This document shows positions 44,291 to 53,812 of a stretch of 64,000 nucleotides of DNA, in pieces (position 1 is the first letter of the stretch; each line of letters opens with the position of its first letter). The position numbers and the translations under genes are program-made. The stretch covers positions 3,648,001 through 3,712,000 of the forward strand of contig CBDFJQ010000002.1 of the NCBI GenBank assembly GCA_965248575.1, written 5' to 3'. The notes beneath the pieces were generated by a model. It was not told the DNA's origin and made no database searches. It saw only the letters and a list, made by a program, of their open reading frames with translations. The DNA is from Planctomycetota bacterium. Its GTDB lineage: Bacteria > Planctomycetota > B15-G4.

Positions 44291-46909
44291 TCAGGGCTGG
44301 CCCCTCCAGTTCGTGATCACATTGATCCGACTCCCGTCGGGCGGGTTCGGTTGCTTGATCACGTAGAGCTTTTGCCCGTCCGAGGTGACGTCGTAGGAGC
44401 GGCCGAGCGTGTCGACGAAGTCCGTCTGATAGGCGAGGCGCGGCGCGCTCCATGTGAGCTCGGGTTCCGTCTGGATCTCCACGCTCATCCAGCTGTCGCC
44501 CCTGCGGTAGAAGAGCTCACCACAGGGAGACCACACGGCCTCGATCCCGCCGCCCTCGGAGATCTGATGCTTCACCAAACCATCTGGATAGGAGCGCACC
44601 GCAATCTCGTACAGGCCGGTCTCTTCCGAGGAGTAGGCGATCCACTTGCCGTCCGGCGAGAAGACCGGACCCCAGGCGTTGTGGCCGAGGTCCTCGATCC
44701 ACTCGACCTCACCTGCTCCAGACGTGTCGAGGAACCCGAGCTGCGAAACAACCTCGAGACCGTAGACCGCGAGCAGCTCGTCGTTCGGAGACCACGCCCC
44801 CGGGATGCCCCTGAGATCCACCGCGAGGGAGCGGCCACCGGTGGATCCGTCCATCGACTCGATGCGGATCGACTGTCTGTTGTTGACGGTGTAGGCGACG
44901 GCGTCGCCCTTGGAGTTCCAGACCGGCCAGCCTGCCTGCTTGCCCGGCAGCCGACGCCCGCGTTCGACCGGGATGTCGTACGACCAGACATAGTCCTCGA
45001 AGTCCCCGACGTGGACTGCCACGTGCGTGTCGGTCGGGTCCAGGTCGAGCACGCCGTAGGTGAGCTCCGGCACCGGCAGGAACCCCTCGTTCCCTTCGCG
45101 ATCGATCCAGGCGATACCACCGCGGGACAGCTCCGGTCCTTCCACGAATGCCATCGTTCCGGACGGGGAGAAGGCGAACTGCGCCTGACCGATCGTGGCG
45201 TCCATGACCACTTCGCGCAGCACAGTCGAGGCCTCTCCGTGGACCTCGCCGCGCTCGTCATCGAACGGAATCGCGTGCAGGCTGCCAGCGCGGGCGAAGA
45301 CGAGCTCGCCGGAAGACACGTAGCGCGCGTCCTGCGCATTCTCGAGGATCACCCGGGTCTCGAACGTCTCGAGGTCCATCCGAAGGACGTCGGCGAAGTC
45401 CATGTTGATCTGTCCGGCGAAGTCGAGCGTTAGAGCCGACTTCCCGTCCGGGAGCACCTCCAGGAAGATCACGGAGCTTGAGGAAACCAGGGTCTCCACG
45501 TCTCCTCCCCCAGCGGGCACGCGCTGGAGGGTGTTGCCCTGGTTCGTGCTCATGTAGATCGTGTCATCAGCGGTCCACTGCCCCCGCAGGGCAGAGGATG
45601 CCTTGCAGATCGTCAGCAATCCGTCGCCGACCGGGGAGACGCGCTTCAGCCTGTCGTCCGTCAGGAAGCCGATCGCGTCACCGCCCGGCGAGAAGAACGC
45701 GTGCAGGGCACCCTCCGTGCCGGGGATCGCCACGGGCGGGTCAAAGCCCGCGAGCTCTTGGCGATACAGGCATGTCTTGCCCTCGGCGGAGTGACCGACG
45801 TAGACCAGGAGGGTGCCGTCGGGCGAGAGAGCGAGCAGGTTGTTGTCGATGCCGAGCTGAGCGGCGCCGAAGGCCAGTTCGGCGTCCGGAGGCAAGAGCA
45901 CTCGTGCGTGCACGGACGGCGCAGGGATCGCCGTCTCGGGATCCGCGCCACCGAGTTTCGACACCAAGATCGCAAGCAGGCCGGCGGCGACGATCCACCC
46001 GGCCAACGCGCTCAGCTTCGAGGAAGGTGGGCGCGGCGCGACGAGAGCCGTCTCCAGCAATTCTCCGGATAGCTCCAGCCGCGCGTCGCCCATGTCCCGC
46101 TGCCGCTGGCGCGGGTCCTTGTTCAGGCAGCGCCGAAGCGTACGCCGGACGCTCTGCGGCGTCTCTTGAGGCAGCAGATCCCAATCCGGCTCTCCCCCGA
46201 CGATCATGGCGAGCAAGTCCGTCATCGACTCGCCGCCGAAGGCGCGACAGCCCGTGAGACATTCGAAGAGCACGCACCCGAAGGCCCAGATGTCGGTGCG
46301 ACGATCGACGGGCTTGCCGCGCGCCTGCTCCGGGCTCATGTACGTCGGCGTGCCGAGTACGAGCCCTTCTTCCGTCATGAGGAAGCTGTCCGATTCGGCG
46401 GTGGCGGTGCCTTCCTTGGTCGCTCTGGGGTAGATCGGCTTGGCGAGCCCGAAGTCGAGGATCTTGACGACGCCGTCGGGGGTGATGCGCACGTTGGCCG
46501 GCTTGAGGTCGCGGTGCACCACGCCTGCTTCGTGCGCAGCCTCGAGCCCCTCGGCGATCTGCCGGCACACGTCGATCGCTTCGTCCACGGCCAGCGGTCC
46601 GCGCGAAAGCCTCGTCGCCAGGTCCTCCCCTGGCACGAGTTCGAGCGCGAGAAAGCAGACGTCTTCCTCTTGGTCGACGCCGTGGATACCGGCCACGTTC
46701 GAATGGTTGAGCGACGCGAGGGTCTTGGCTTCCCGTTCGAAGCGCCGCAGCCGTTCCTCGTCCTCCGCCATCTCTTCGGGCAACACCTTGATCGCAACTT
46801 CGCGTTCGAGTCGCGTGTCCTTGGCGAGGTAGACCTCACCCATCCCCCCAGCTCCGAGGGGGCCGAGGATTTCGTAGAAAGAGAGCGTCTGACCTGCAGT
46901 GAGGGGCAT
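44291..46909 (-). CDS. Ser/Thr kinase with TM helix and TolB/PD40-like beta-propeller
   Basis: LGAGGMGEVY, VAIK, HRDLKPAN, DFG, YMSPE; repeated (F/W)SPDG. Confidence 0.94.
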   Translation of the reverse strand: MPLTAGQTLSFYEILGPLGAGGMGEVYLAKDTRLEREVAIKVLPEEMAEDEERLRRFEREAKTLASLNHSNVAGIHGVDQEEDVCFLALELVPGEDLATRLSRGPLAVDEAIDVCRQIAEGLEAAHEAGVVHRDLKPANVRITPDGVVKILDFGLAKPIYPRATKEGTATAESDSFLMTEEGLVLGTPTYMSPEQARGKPVDRRTDIWAFGCVLFECLTGCRAFGGESMTDLLAMIVGGEPDWDLLPQETPQSVRRTLRRCLNKDPRQRQRDMGDARLELSGELLETALVAPRPPSSKLSALAGWIVAAGLLAILVSKLGGADPETAIPAPSVHARVLLPPDAELAFGAAQLGIDNNLLALSPDGTLLVYVGHSAEGKTCLYRQELAGFDPPVAIPGTEGALHAFFSPGGDAIGFLTDDRLKRVSPVGDGLLTICKASSALRGQWTADDTIYMSTNQGNTLQRVPAGGGDVETLVSSSSVIFLEVLPDGKSALTLDFAGQINMDFADVLRMDLETFETRVILENAQDARYVSSGELVFARAGSLHAIPFDDERGEVHGEASTVLREVVMDATIGQAQFAFSPSGTMAFVEGPELSRGGIAWIDREGNEGFLPVPELTYGVLDLDPTDTHVAVHVGDFEDYVWSYDIPVERGRRLPGKQAGWPVWNSKGDAVAYTVNNRQSIRIESMDGSTGGRSLAVDLRGIPGAWSPNDELLAVYGLEVVSQLGFLDTSGAGEVEWIEDLGHNAWGPVFSPDGKWIAYSSEETGLYEIAVRSYPDGLVKHQISEGGGIEAVWSPCGELFYRRGDSWMSVEIQTEPELTWSAPRLAYQTDFVDTLGRSYDVTSDGQKLYVIKQPNPPDGSRINVITNWRGQP

Positions 46910-46972
46910 GTTGTCGGTGAGTCTATCCAGTACGTGGGCCTACCGCGTTGACGGTTACCGAACCCGTTACCG

Positions 46973-49639
46973 TCAGCGCAGCCAGTCGAACATCACTCGA
47001 ATCTGCCTCTGTTCGGCATCCACGTTGGTGAGGGTCGTCAGGAATCGCAGCCCATCGGGGGACAGGGATATTTCGAACTGCTCTCTCTCCTCCAAGAAGA
47101 GGGGCACCGGAGCGGACGCCTTCATCTCCTCGCCCATGGTCACTTCGACTTCGAAAATGTGCCCCTCCTCGTTCGAATAGAACAGGGACGCGCCGTCCGG
47201 CGCCCAGATCGGGAACGAGCCGCCGGCCCTCGAGATGCGGGTTGTTGCACCAGGGCCCGCAAAGGGTCGGACGTAGACCTCCGAGTTCCCGGAAGCCTCG
47301 GACAGGTAAGCCACCCAACGCCCGTCCGGAGAGAACACGCCCATGGACTCCGCACGGTGGGTCTGCAGCCAGGGTTCAGCCTGCCGCTCTCCGTCCATTT
47401 GAAGCACCCAGATGTCCACGTCGCCGTCAGCTGCGCTGCGGGTGAAGAGCAGGCGGGAGCCGTCGGGCGACCACGAGTTCGGTGTGTCGTCAGCGCTGCT
47501 CGCCAAGAGCTCTTCACCAGGTGTGCTCCCATCGGATGCCACCTGATAGAGGTTCCACGAGCCACTGCTGTCGTTCGTGTAGGCGATGCGCGTTCCGTCG
47601 GGGGACCAGACGGGGACCTGGTCATTGCCTGCTGTAAAGGTCAACCGTACGGAAGTGTTGTCTTCCAGATCGTAGAGCCAGATGGAGTCGTTGGCTCCCA
47701 TGACCGTTGCGGCGATCCGATCTCCGGCCGGAGAAACGTCGCCGGTATAGACATTGGCCTGCTCCAGATCGAGAGGCTCCACTGCGCCAGGCGGAGTCAA
47801 CCACGCAAGGCGAAAGAGCCACGCGTCGGCGAATGCCGGGAGGTAGGCGAGGGTCCCCTCGTCGCTCACAGAGAACTGAGCACCGCCCGACCCCGCGTCG
47901 AAGGCGAGGTCATCCACGACCTTGAACGGGGTCCCCTCGATGGCGAGCACATCGGGGTCGAAGGCCACCGCGAAGAGGGTCGAGCCACGGGCATAGAGGA
48001 TGTGACCCGTGGGGGAATACCGAGCGTAGGATCCGCCCTCGAGCAGGATCTGGACCTGACCAGTCTCGAGCGAGGCGACCCCGATCAAGGCGTCGTCGAA
48101 GCTGGTCGTTTGCGCGGTCTTGATCGTGACCAGCAGGTGCTTCCCATCGGGAAGCAGGTCCGGCCAGCGCTGGCTGACCTCCTCTCTGCCCGGATCCAAG
48201 CTCGAGACCACGCGCAGCTCGCCCCCGTCCTCGGGAACCGCCTGCAGTCCGCCTCCCATTCCTGCGGGAAAGAAGAGCTCGCCCTCGCCCCAGGCGAGGC
48301 CGCGCATGCTGCCCCCCTCGCTTGAGGTCGTGCAGACCTGAATCGGTGCGCCACCACTCACGGCGACCTTCCAGATTCCAAAATCGACGAAGTACGCCAC
48401 CCAGCGACCATCCGGTGAGAACACGGGGAACCTGGCCCCCTCGGTGCCGGCGAGCTTCACCGAATCGAAGCTGTCGATTCGTCGGAGCGAGAGCTCGGAG
48501 CGGGCTCCACCCAGGTACAGGACCGAATCTCCGGTCGGCGAGATCTGCATGCAGGCCGAGTACTGCGAGGCGGAGAGCTTGATGGCATCATCCTCGGGCA
48601 GGCCGAGCGTCGTGCGCGTCAGCAACACCCCCGGCTCCGCTGAGCTCGCCCGAAGCCAGAGACCGAGCGCGACGAGGCCCATCACGAGGGCGACGAGCCA
48701 GCCCGCGCGACCGACCGCGCGCGCTCGGCTTCCCAGCACGGGCTCCCCCGTCACTGCATCGGCCAGCGCCCAAACCGAGGAGCCGCTCCCGCCGCCCGCC
48801 AGGAGCAGGCGCGCCTCGCCGATGTCCCGCAAGCGTCCGCGCGGGTCCTTCACGAAGCAGCGTTGCAGCAGCGTCCGCACATGGGCGGGTGTCGTGGCGG
48901 GCAATCGCGAGAGGTCCGGCCCCTCCGCCACGATGGCCGCCAAGACGTCGGAGAAGCTCTCGCCCGTGAAGGCGCGCTCTCCGACCAGGCACTCGAACAA
49001 GAGACAGCCGAAGGCCCAGATGTCGGTGCGCCGATCCACCGGCTTGCCGCGCGCCTGCTCGGGGCTCATGTACGTCGGCGTGCCGAGAATCAGGCCCTCC
49101 TCGGTGACGAGCACGCTGTCGGGCTCGGCGCTCGCGGAGCCCGACAGCAGGGTCGAGGGCCCCGTCGGCTTCGCGAGCCCGAAGTCGAGGATCTTGACGA
49201 CCCCCTCGGGCGTGATGCGGATGTTTGCCGGCTTGAGGTCGCGGTGGATGATACCGGCCTCGTGGGCGACCTCGAGTCCCTCCGCGATCTGGCGCGCGAT
49301 GTCGACCGCCTCGTCCACGGGAAGCTTGCCGCGGGCAACGCGCTCGGAGAGGTCCTCGCCGTCGACGAGTTCCATCGCGATGAAGCACACGCTCTCGATC
49401 TGGTCGATGCCATAGACCTGGGCGACGTTCGGATGGTTCAGCGAGGCGAGGCTCTTCGCCTCCTGCTCGAACCTGCGCAGCCGATCATCGTCGTCCGCGA
49501 AGTGCTCCGGCAGGACCTTGATCGCAACCTCACGCTCGAGGCGCGTGTCGCGCGCGAGGTAAACCTCGCCCATCCCCCCGGCTCCGAGGGGGCCGAGGAT
49601 ATCGTAGAAGGAGAGCGTCTGACCGGTGGTGAGGGGCAT
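46973..49639 (-). CDS. Ser/Thr kinase with TM helix and TolB/PD40-like beta-propeller (paralog of the neighbour)
   Basis: Same motifs; near-identical N-terminus MPLT(T/A)GQTLSFY(D/E)ILGPLGAGGMGEVYLA. Confidence 0.94.
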   Translation of the reverse strand: MPLTTGQTLSFYDILGPLGAGGMGEVYLARDTRLEREVAIKVLPEHFADDDDRLRRFEQEAKSLASLNHPNVAQVYGIDQIESVCFIAMELVDGEDLSERVARGKLPVDEAVDIARQIAEGLEVAHEAGIIHRDLKPANIRITPEGVVKILDFGLAKPTGPSTLLSGSASAEPDSVLVTEEGLILGTPTYMSPEQARGKPVDRRTDIWAFGCLLFECLVGERAFTGESFSDVLAAIVAEGPDLSRLPATTPAHVRTLLQRCFVKDPRGRLRDIGEARLLLAGGGSGSSVWALADAVTGEPVLGSRARAVGRAGWLVALVMGLVALGLWLRASSAEPGVLLTRTTLGLPEDDAIKLSASQYSACMQISPTGDSVLYLGGARSELSLRRIDSFDSVKLAGTEGARFPVFSPDGRWVAYFVDFGIWKVAVSGGAPIQVCTTSSEGGSMRGLAWGEGELFFPAGMGGGLQAVPEDGGELRVVSSLDPGREEVSQRWPDLLPDGKHLLVTIKTAQTTSFDDALIGVASLETGQVQILLEGGSYARYSPTGHILYARGSTLFAVAFDPDVLAIEGTPFKVVDDLAFDAGSGGAQFSVSDEGTLAYLPAFADAWLFRLAWLTPPGAVEPLDLEQANVYTGDVSPAGDRIAATVMGANDSIWLYDLEDNTSVRLTFTAGNDQVPVWSPDGTRIAYTNDSSGSWNLYQVASDGSTPGEELLASSADDTPNSWSPDGSRLLFTRSAADGDVDIWVLQMDGERQAEPWLQTHRAESMGVFSPDGRWVAYLSEASGNSEVYVRPFAGPGATTRISRAGGSFPIWAPDGASLFYSNEEGHIFEVEVTMGEEMKASAPVPLFLEEREQFEISLSPDGLRFLTTLTNVDAEQRQIRVMFDWLR

Positions 49640-49727
49640 GGGCCAGAGAGTCTAGCCGTAACCGTCGCGTGAGCGCGTGTTCGTTACCGGCAGTTCGCCT
49701 GGCGCGGCGCCCGAGCAGGCCTCGTCG

Positions 49728-50603
49728 TCAGTCGAGGCTCGCCAACAGTGACTCGCTCAGCCGCCGGTACTCCGCACCCAGTTCGCCGCCCATGGCTTCG
49801 GCCATGCTGATGGCCTGGTTCGCCGTGTCGCGGGCCTTTTCGGTGTCGCCGCGCTTGGCGAGGATGAGCCCCTTGCGATAGAGGATCCAGACCGCTTGAG
49901 GCTGCTGGGCAAGGCCTTCGCTGATCCACTCCAGCGCCTTGTCCAGGTCCAGATCGTGGTCGTAGTAGAACATCGCGGCAGAGAGGTAGGGCTTGGCTTC
50001 ACCAGGGGCCGACATGGCCGCCTCGATCTTCGGAACGAGGAGGGCGACGACGTCCACGACGATCGGGACGCGCACCCGTGCCTTCGCCCAGGCGAGCGTC
50101 AGGTCTGCGGCACCGTCACGCATGTTCTCAACGCTGATGAGCATGGTCTCGACGGGCTTCTTCAGCACGTGCGCCCTGACGGTCACACGCAGCACGTCCT
50201 GGCTGGCGTCGTAGCCATACGAACCCCACTGTTCCGTCGCCGCGTTCAGGATGAAGGTCCACTGATCCTTGCCCGGAATGGTGAACAGGGCATAGGTGCC
50301 GGCCGCGACGGGTTCGCCGCCGAAGCTGACGTCGGTGCTGAAGCTGATGCGCGTGGCCGAGTTGGCACCGGTGCGCCAGACCTCGCCATAGGGCACGAGC
50401 CCACCGAAGACGGTGCGACCCCGGGAGCTGGGCCGGGCGTAGTTGATCTCGACCGTGGTCAACCCCACCTGCTCGCGCACAAGGGCGGGCGGGCTGGCAG
50501 CCGGGAACTCAAGCGCGTCGGATTGTGCCGCGAGTGTCGGGCCAGTCGAGAAGAAGGAAGCGCAGAGCGCGAGAAGGAGCACGGCGTGGATGGGCTTTTT
50601 CAT
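49728..50603 (-). CDS. DUF2911-like secreted protein with C-terminal TPR
   Basis: ASP...INYARPSSRGRTVFGGLVPYGEVWRTGAN, GTYALFTIP. Start ATG 50603. Confidence 0.85.
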   Translation of the reverse strand: MKKPIHAVLLLALCASFFSTGPTLAAQSDALEFPAASPPALVREQVGLTTVEINYARPSSRGRTVFGGLVPYGEVWRTGANSATRISFSTDVSFGGEPVAAGTYALFTIPGKDQWTFILNAATEQWGSYGYDASQDVLRVTVRAHVLKKPVETMLISVENMRDGAADLTLAWAKARVRVPIVVDVVALLVPKIEAAMSAPGEAKPYLSAAMFYYDHDLDLDKALEWISEGLAQQPQAVWILYRKGLILAKRGDTEKARDTANQAISMAEAMGGELGAEYRRLSESLLASLD

Positions 50604-50798
50604 GGTGGGCAATCGTACCGGCTGCCTGTCGCGCCGCGCCAACAGGTGCGAGCACCCTTCACTGCTGCGACTCTGTCGAGACTGTGAACGGTGGTCACCA
50701 ACGCTGGAGAGTGCACTAGGCTGGGGGCTGTCGACCTCGTCGTTGGAAGCCCGCTGCTGCGGTCGATCGCCTGCCCACTTCCTGCCCGGAGGCCTGAC

Positions 50799-51959
50799 AT
50801 GCTTGCTCCTTCCGTCCGAACGCTTGCTTCAGTTCTGCTCCTGGCGTGTTCAGCAGTCGCTCAGCTCGGCTTTGGAGAGTTGCCGCAACTAGAACCCTCC
50901 CCGGCCAAGGAGCCTGTCCTGATCTGCGCGACCTCCGACGACTTCTCGACCGGTGCCGTGGCGGCCCTGGCCGATGGCGCGGCGCCTGCGCTGGAACTGG
51001 TCGCGGCAACGGATGGCGGCAAGCACGTGCGCCGCTTCGGGCAGCAGATCTTCGTGGTGAACCGACTAGGGGGCAGTGTCGTGCGAGTGCCCTTGGCTGG
51101 GGGAGCGCCGCAGCTGTACAGCCTCGCTCGCGATTCCAAGCCCATGGATGTGTTGGTTGCCGGTGCGCCGTCGAAGGTGGGTGTCGCGTGGGTGAGTCGT
51201 CGTGACGAACCGAGGCTGTTGCGTCTCGACCTCGAGACCGGGGTCGCCACCGAGTCCATCGACTTGAGCCCCGTGGGAGAGGGCGACGCCATCGCGTTGG
51301 GCTTCATGGAACGTCACGGGTCGACGTTGTTCGTGCAGGTGCGTGTATTCGACGCCGAGGATGCACCCGGTGGTGACAGCGGGGTGCTCGCCGTCGTCGA
51401 CCTGGAGCGCGAGCTGCTGGTGGACGTGGACCCCGTTGCGCCCGGCGTGCAGGGCATCGCGTTGCTCGGGGCGCCGCCTCGCTTCAAGATGCAGATCGTC
51501 GACGACACGCTCTTCGTGAGCAGCACTGAGACCTTCAATGACATCCGCGGCGGGGTCGAGAAGGTGAACCTCTCCAGCTTGGCGTCCGAGGGCTACGTGA
51601 TCAGTGAAGCCAGCGGGCATTCAGACATGGGCGGCTTCGTGATGCTCGACGCGCAGCACGGCTACTACGTGTTCCACACGGACTTGCTGGCGTCGACCCA
51701 TCTGGTGGCGTTCAGCGTAGACAAGGGGCCGGAGCCCGGCAGCCTGATCGACCTGCTGGGCGACACGCTGGATGTGTTGGTGTACGACCCGGCGTCCGAG
51801 CGCCTCTATCTGCCCAGTGGGTTCGCTTCCAACGGGCCCGGGCTCTACGTCTTTGACACGGGGACAAACAGCTTGCTGGGCCCACCGGTGTCCACGGGAT
51901 TCCGTCCACACGATGTGCTGCTGGTGGCACCCTTGGCTTTGTTTGAACCGGCGCCGTAG
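50799..51959 (+). CDS. Secreted YncE-like beta-propeller protein
   Basis: SD GGAGG before ATG 50799; signal peptide; beta-strand repeats (IFVVNR, LYVFDT). Confidence 0.75.
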   Translation: MLAPSVRTLASVLLLACSAVAQLGFGELPQLEPSPAKEPVLICATSDDFSTGAVAALADGAAPALELVAATDGGKHVRRFGQQIFVVNRLGGSVVRVPLAGGAPQLYSLARDSKPMDVLVAGAPSKVGVAWVSRRDEPRLLRLDLETGVATESIDLSPVGEGDAIALGFMERHGSTLFVQVRVFDAEDAPGGDSGVLAVVDLERELLVDVDPVAPGVQGIALLGAPPRFKMQIVDDTLFVSSTETFNDIRGGVEKVNLSSLASEGYVISEASGHSDMGGFVMLDAQHGYYVFHTDLLASTHLVAFSVDKGPEPGSLIDLLGDTLDVLVYDPASERLYLPSGFASNGPGLYVFDTGTNSLLGPPVSTGFRPHDVLLVAPLALFEPAP

Positions 51960-51967
51960 GTCCGGGA

Positions 51968-52795
51968 TCAGTCGGCTTTCCGGGCCGTCACGACCCGCGT
52001 CGCGTTGGACGTGCGGATGCTGCCATCCGCCAGCGGCGTGAGAGCTTTGGCGACCAAGTCTTCCAGAGCCGCCTGCTTCTCGGTAGGTAGCGCCACGAGC
52101 TCGGGGCCGATGGGTGTCGAGCGCAGGGTGCGGATGACTTCAGGCAGCCCGTTCTCGAAGACCATGTCGGCTCTTTGGATGCACTCCTCTACCTGTTCGA
52201 AGCCAGCGGCTTGGAAGAGTTGTGTGAGCTCGCCTTCCGGCACGTGATCGAAGGGGATGCGCAACTTGGTGGAGAGGGCAGCCTCTTCGAGAGCTTCGAG
52301 CGCGCTGCAGAGTGCGCCGAACATCTCGCAGGACTCCACCGGGAGCCAGCTGCTGACCACCGCGCGGCCACCGGGGTGAAGCACCCGGAAGAACTCGGCG
52401 ACGGCTGCCCCGCGGTCCGGGAAGAACTGCAGGCCTTGTTGGCAGACGACGACGTCGACACTTGCGGCGTCGAGGGTCAGCGGGTGCGCGAGGGTCTGCA
52501 GGAACTTCACCCGTCCAGCAGGGTCAGCGCAGCGTTCGCGCGCCACATCGAGCATGGAGTCGTTGGCGTCGGCGGCGAGGATGCGGCCTCGCACTCCCAC
52601 TGCGTCCAGCAGCGTACGCGTCACCACGCCGGTTCCGCAGGCGATGTCGAGCACGCGACAGCCCTCCCAAGGGCCGTGCTCATCGCGCAGGCGCTCGGCC
52701 CAGGGGCGGAAGAGCGCGGGCACCAGCCCGGTGTCATAGGCCCGCGCGACGGAAGAACCGCTGAAGTCAAAGGAAGGGGGCGACGGCTTGCTCAT
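51968..52795 (-). CDS. Class I SAM-dependent methyltransferase (UbiE-like)
   Basis: VLDIACGTGVV, DVVVCQQGLQFFPD, RVLHPGG; ATGA overlap with the upstream gene. Confidence 0.92.
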   Translation of the reverse strand: MSKPSPPSFDFSGSSVARAYDTGLVPALFRPWAERLRDEHGPWEGCRVLDIACGTGVVTRTLLDAVGVRGRILAADANDSMLDVARERCADPAGRVKFLQTLAHPLTLDAASVDVVVCQQGLQFFPDRGAAVAEFFRVLHPGGRAVVSSWLPVESCEMFGALCSALEALEEAALSTKLRIPFDHVPEGELTQLFQAAGFEQVEECIQRADMVFENGLPEVIRTLRSTPIGPELVALPTEKQAALEDLVAKALTPLADGSIRTSNATRVVTARKAD

Positions 52796-53802
52796 GGTGC
52801 GCGCTTGTCTCCCGCGGAGGGCCCGTAGGTGTGCGTCGTGAACTGCTGCTCGGCGAGTCGTTCGAACCAGGCCCGTGTGCTCTCGACGGCGCTCGCGGGG
52901 TTGTGCCCGAAGAGCACGTAGTTCTCGATCTCGCTGCCGCGCCCCATGAACAACTGCATCGTGCCCTGCGAGCGATGGGCGGCGATGGCCCAGTTGACGA
53001 TGATCTGGTAGTTCAGCTTGTCTTCGTAGCCGAAGCCCTGGGTGCGGTCGAAGTCGAAGCTGGGGGCGCCGGCCAGCGGCGTCGTGATGGGCCAGTCGGC
53101 CAGGCCTTCCGGCTCGCCGGGCGGGTCGTCCTTGCGCACGAAGCGCACGCCGAGCGAAACAGGCCTCTCGTCTTGGGGCAGGCTCTCAAGTGCTTGAAGT
53201 GCCAGCAGTGCTGCCGATTTGTGATGACCGTGCGTTCCTTCGTTCGGCAGGAAAGTGAGCAGGTAGTCGTAACGGCCGCGCTGCATGACCGAGGCGATGG
53301 TCCTCCGCGCGCCGTCCACGTCCCAGATGTCGGCGCCTTCGCCGAGGATCTCCAACTCATCAGTCGTGTAGCGGTGGTCCTTTTGGCGCAGGAAGAGCAC
53401 GCGACGGACATTCATGACCCGCGCACCGTCGACCATCTCCTTGCGGCGGATGGTCGGCAGCTCCCGTCGCCCCACCGTCTCGTCCGTGAGGGCGAGGCCA
53501 TAGAGGGGCTCGGCCAGGGTGGAGTACTTGAAGCCCCCCTCGCCATTGGTCAGCACGAGCACGTCCGTGAAGCCCCCGAGGTGGGTGGCGTTCTTGTACA
53601 TCAGGCCGGCGAAGGCGATGTCGTCGTCGGGGTGGGCGACCACCACGAGTACGCGCGCTGCGTCCCGGTCCCGAGGCCCATCGGTGACGTAGGCGATGTC
53701 GAGCGGGATGGGTGTCGTCACCGCGCAGGCGGCGAGAGACGCGAGCAATATCACGAGGCAGGCGACACCATGTGACGGCGAAGGAGATGGACGGATACTC
53801 AA
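52792..53802 (-). CDS. PIG-L/LmbE family N-deacetylase, probable lipoprotein
   Basis: VVVAHPDD, LTNGEGG, HGHH, AHRSQ; lipobox-like LAAC. Start uncertain. Confidence 0.88.
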   Translation of the reverse strand: MSIRPSPSPSHGVACLVILLASLAACAVTTPIPLDIAYVTDGPRDRDAARVLVVVAHPDDDIAFAGLMYKNATHLGGFTDVLVLTNGEGGFKYSTLAEPLYGLALTDETVGRRELPTIRRKEMVDGARVMNVRRVLFLRQKDHRYTTDELEILGEGADIWDVDGARRTIASVMQRGRYDYLLTFLPNEGTHGHHKSAALLALQALESLPQDERPVSLGVRFVRKDDPPGEPEGLADWPITTPLAGAPSFDFDRTQGFGYEDKLNYQIIVNWAIAAHRSQGTMQLFMGRGSEIENYVLFGHNPASAVESTRAWFERLAEQQFTTHTYGPSAGDKRAP

Positions 53803-53812
53803 GTCAGGCGCT

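Noticed and set aside
50604..50798. Cobalamin riboswitch upstream of the YncE-like protein
   Set aside because: Core elements (GGGAA, GCAACTGT, GCCACTG, AGNCAGNANACC) not found.
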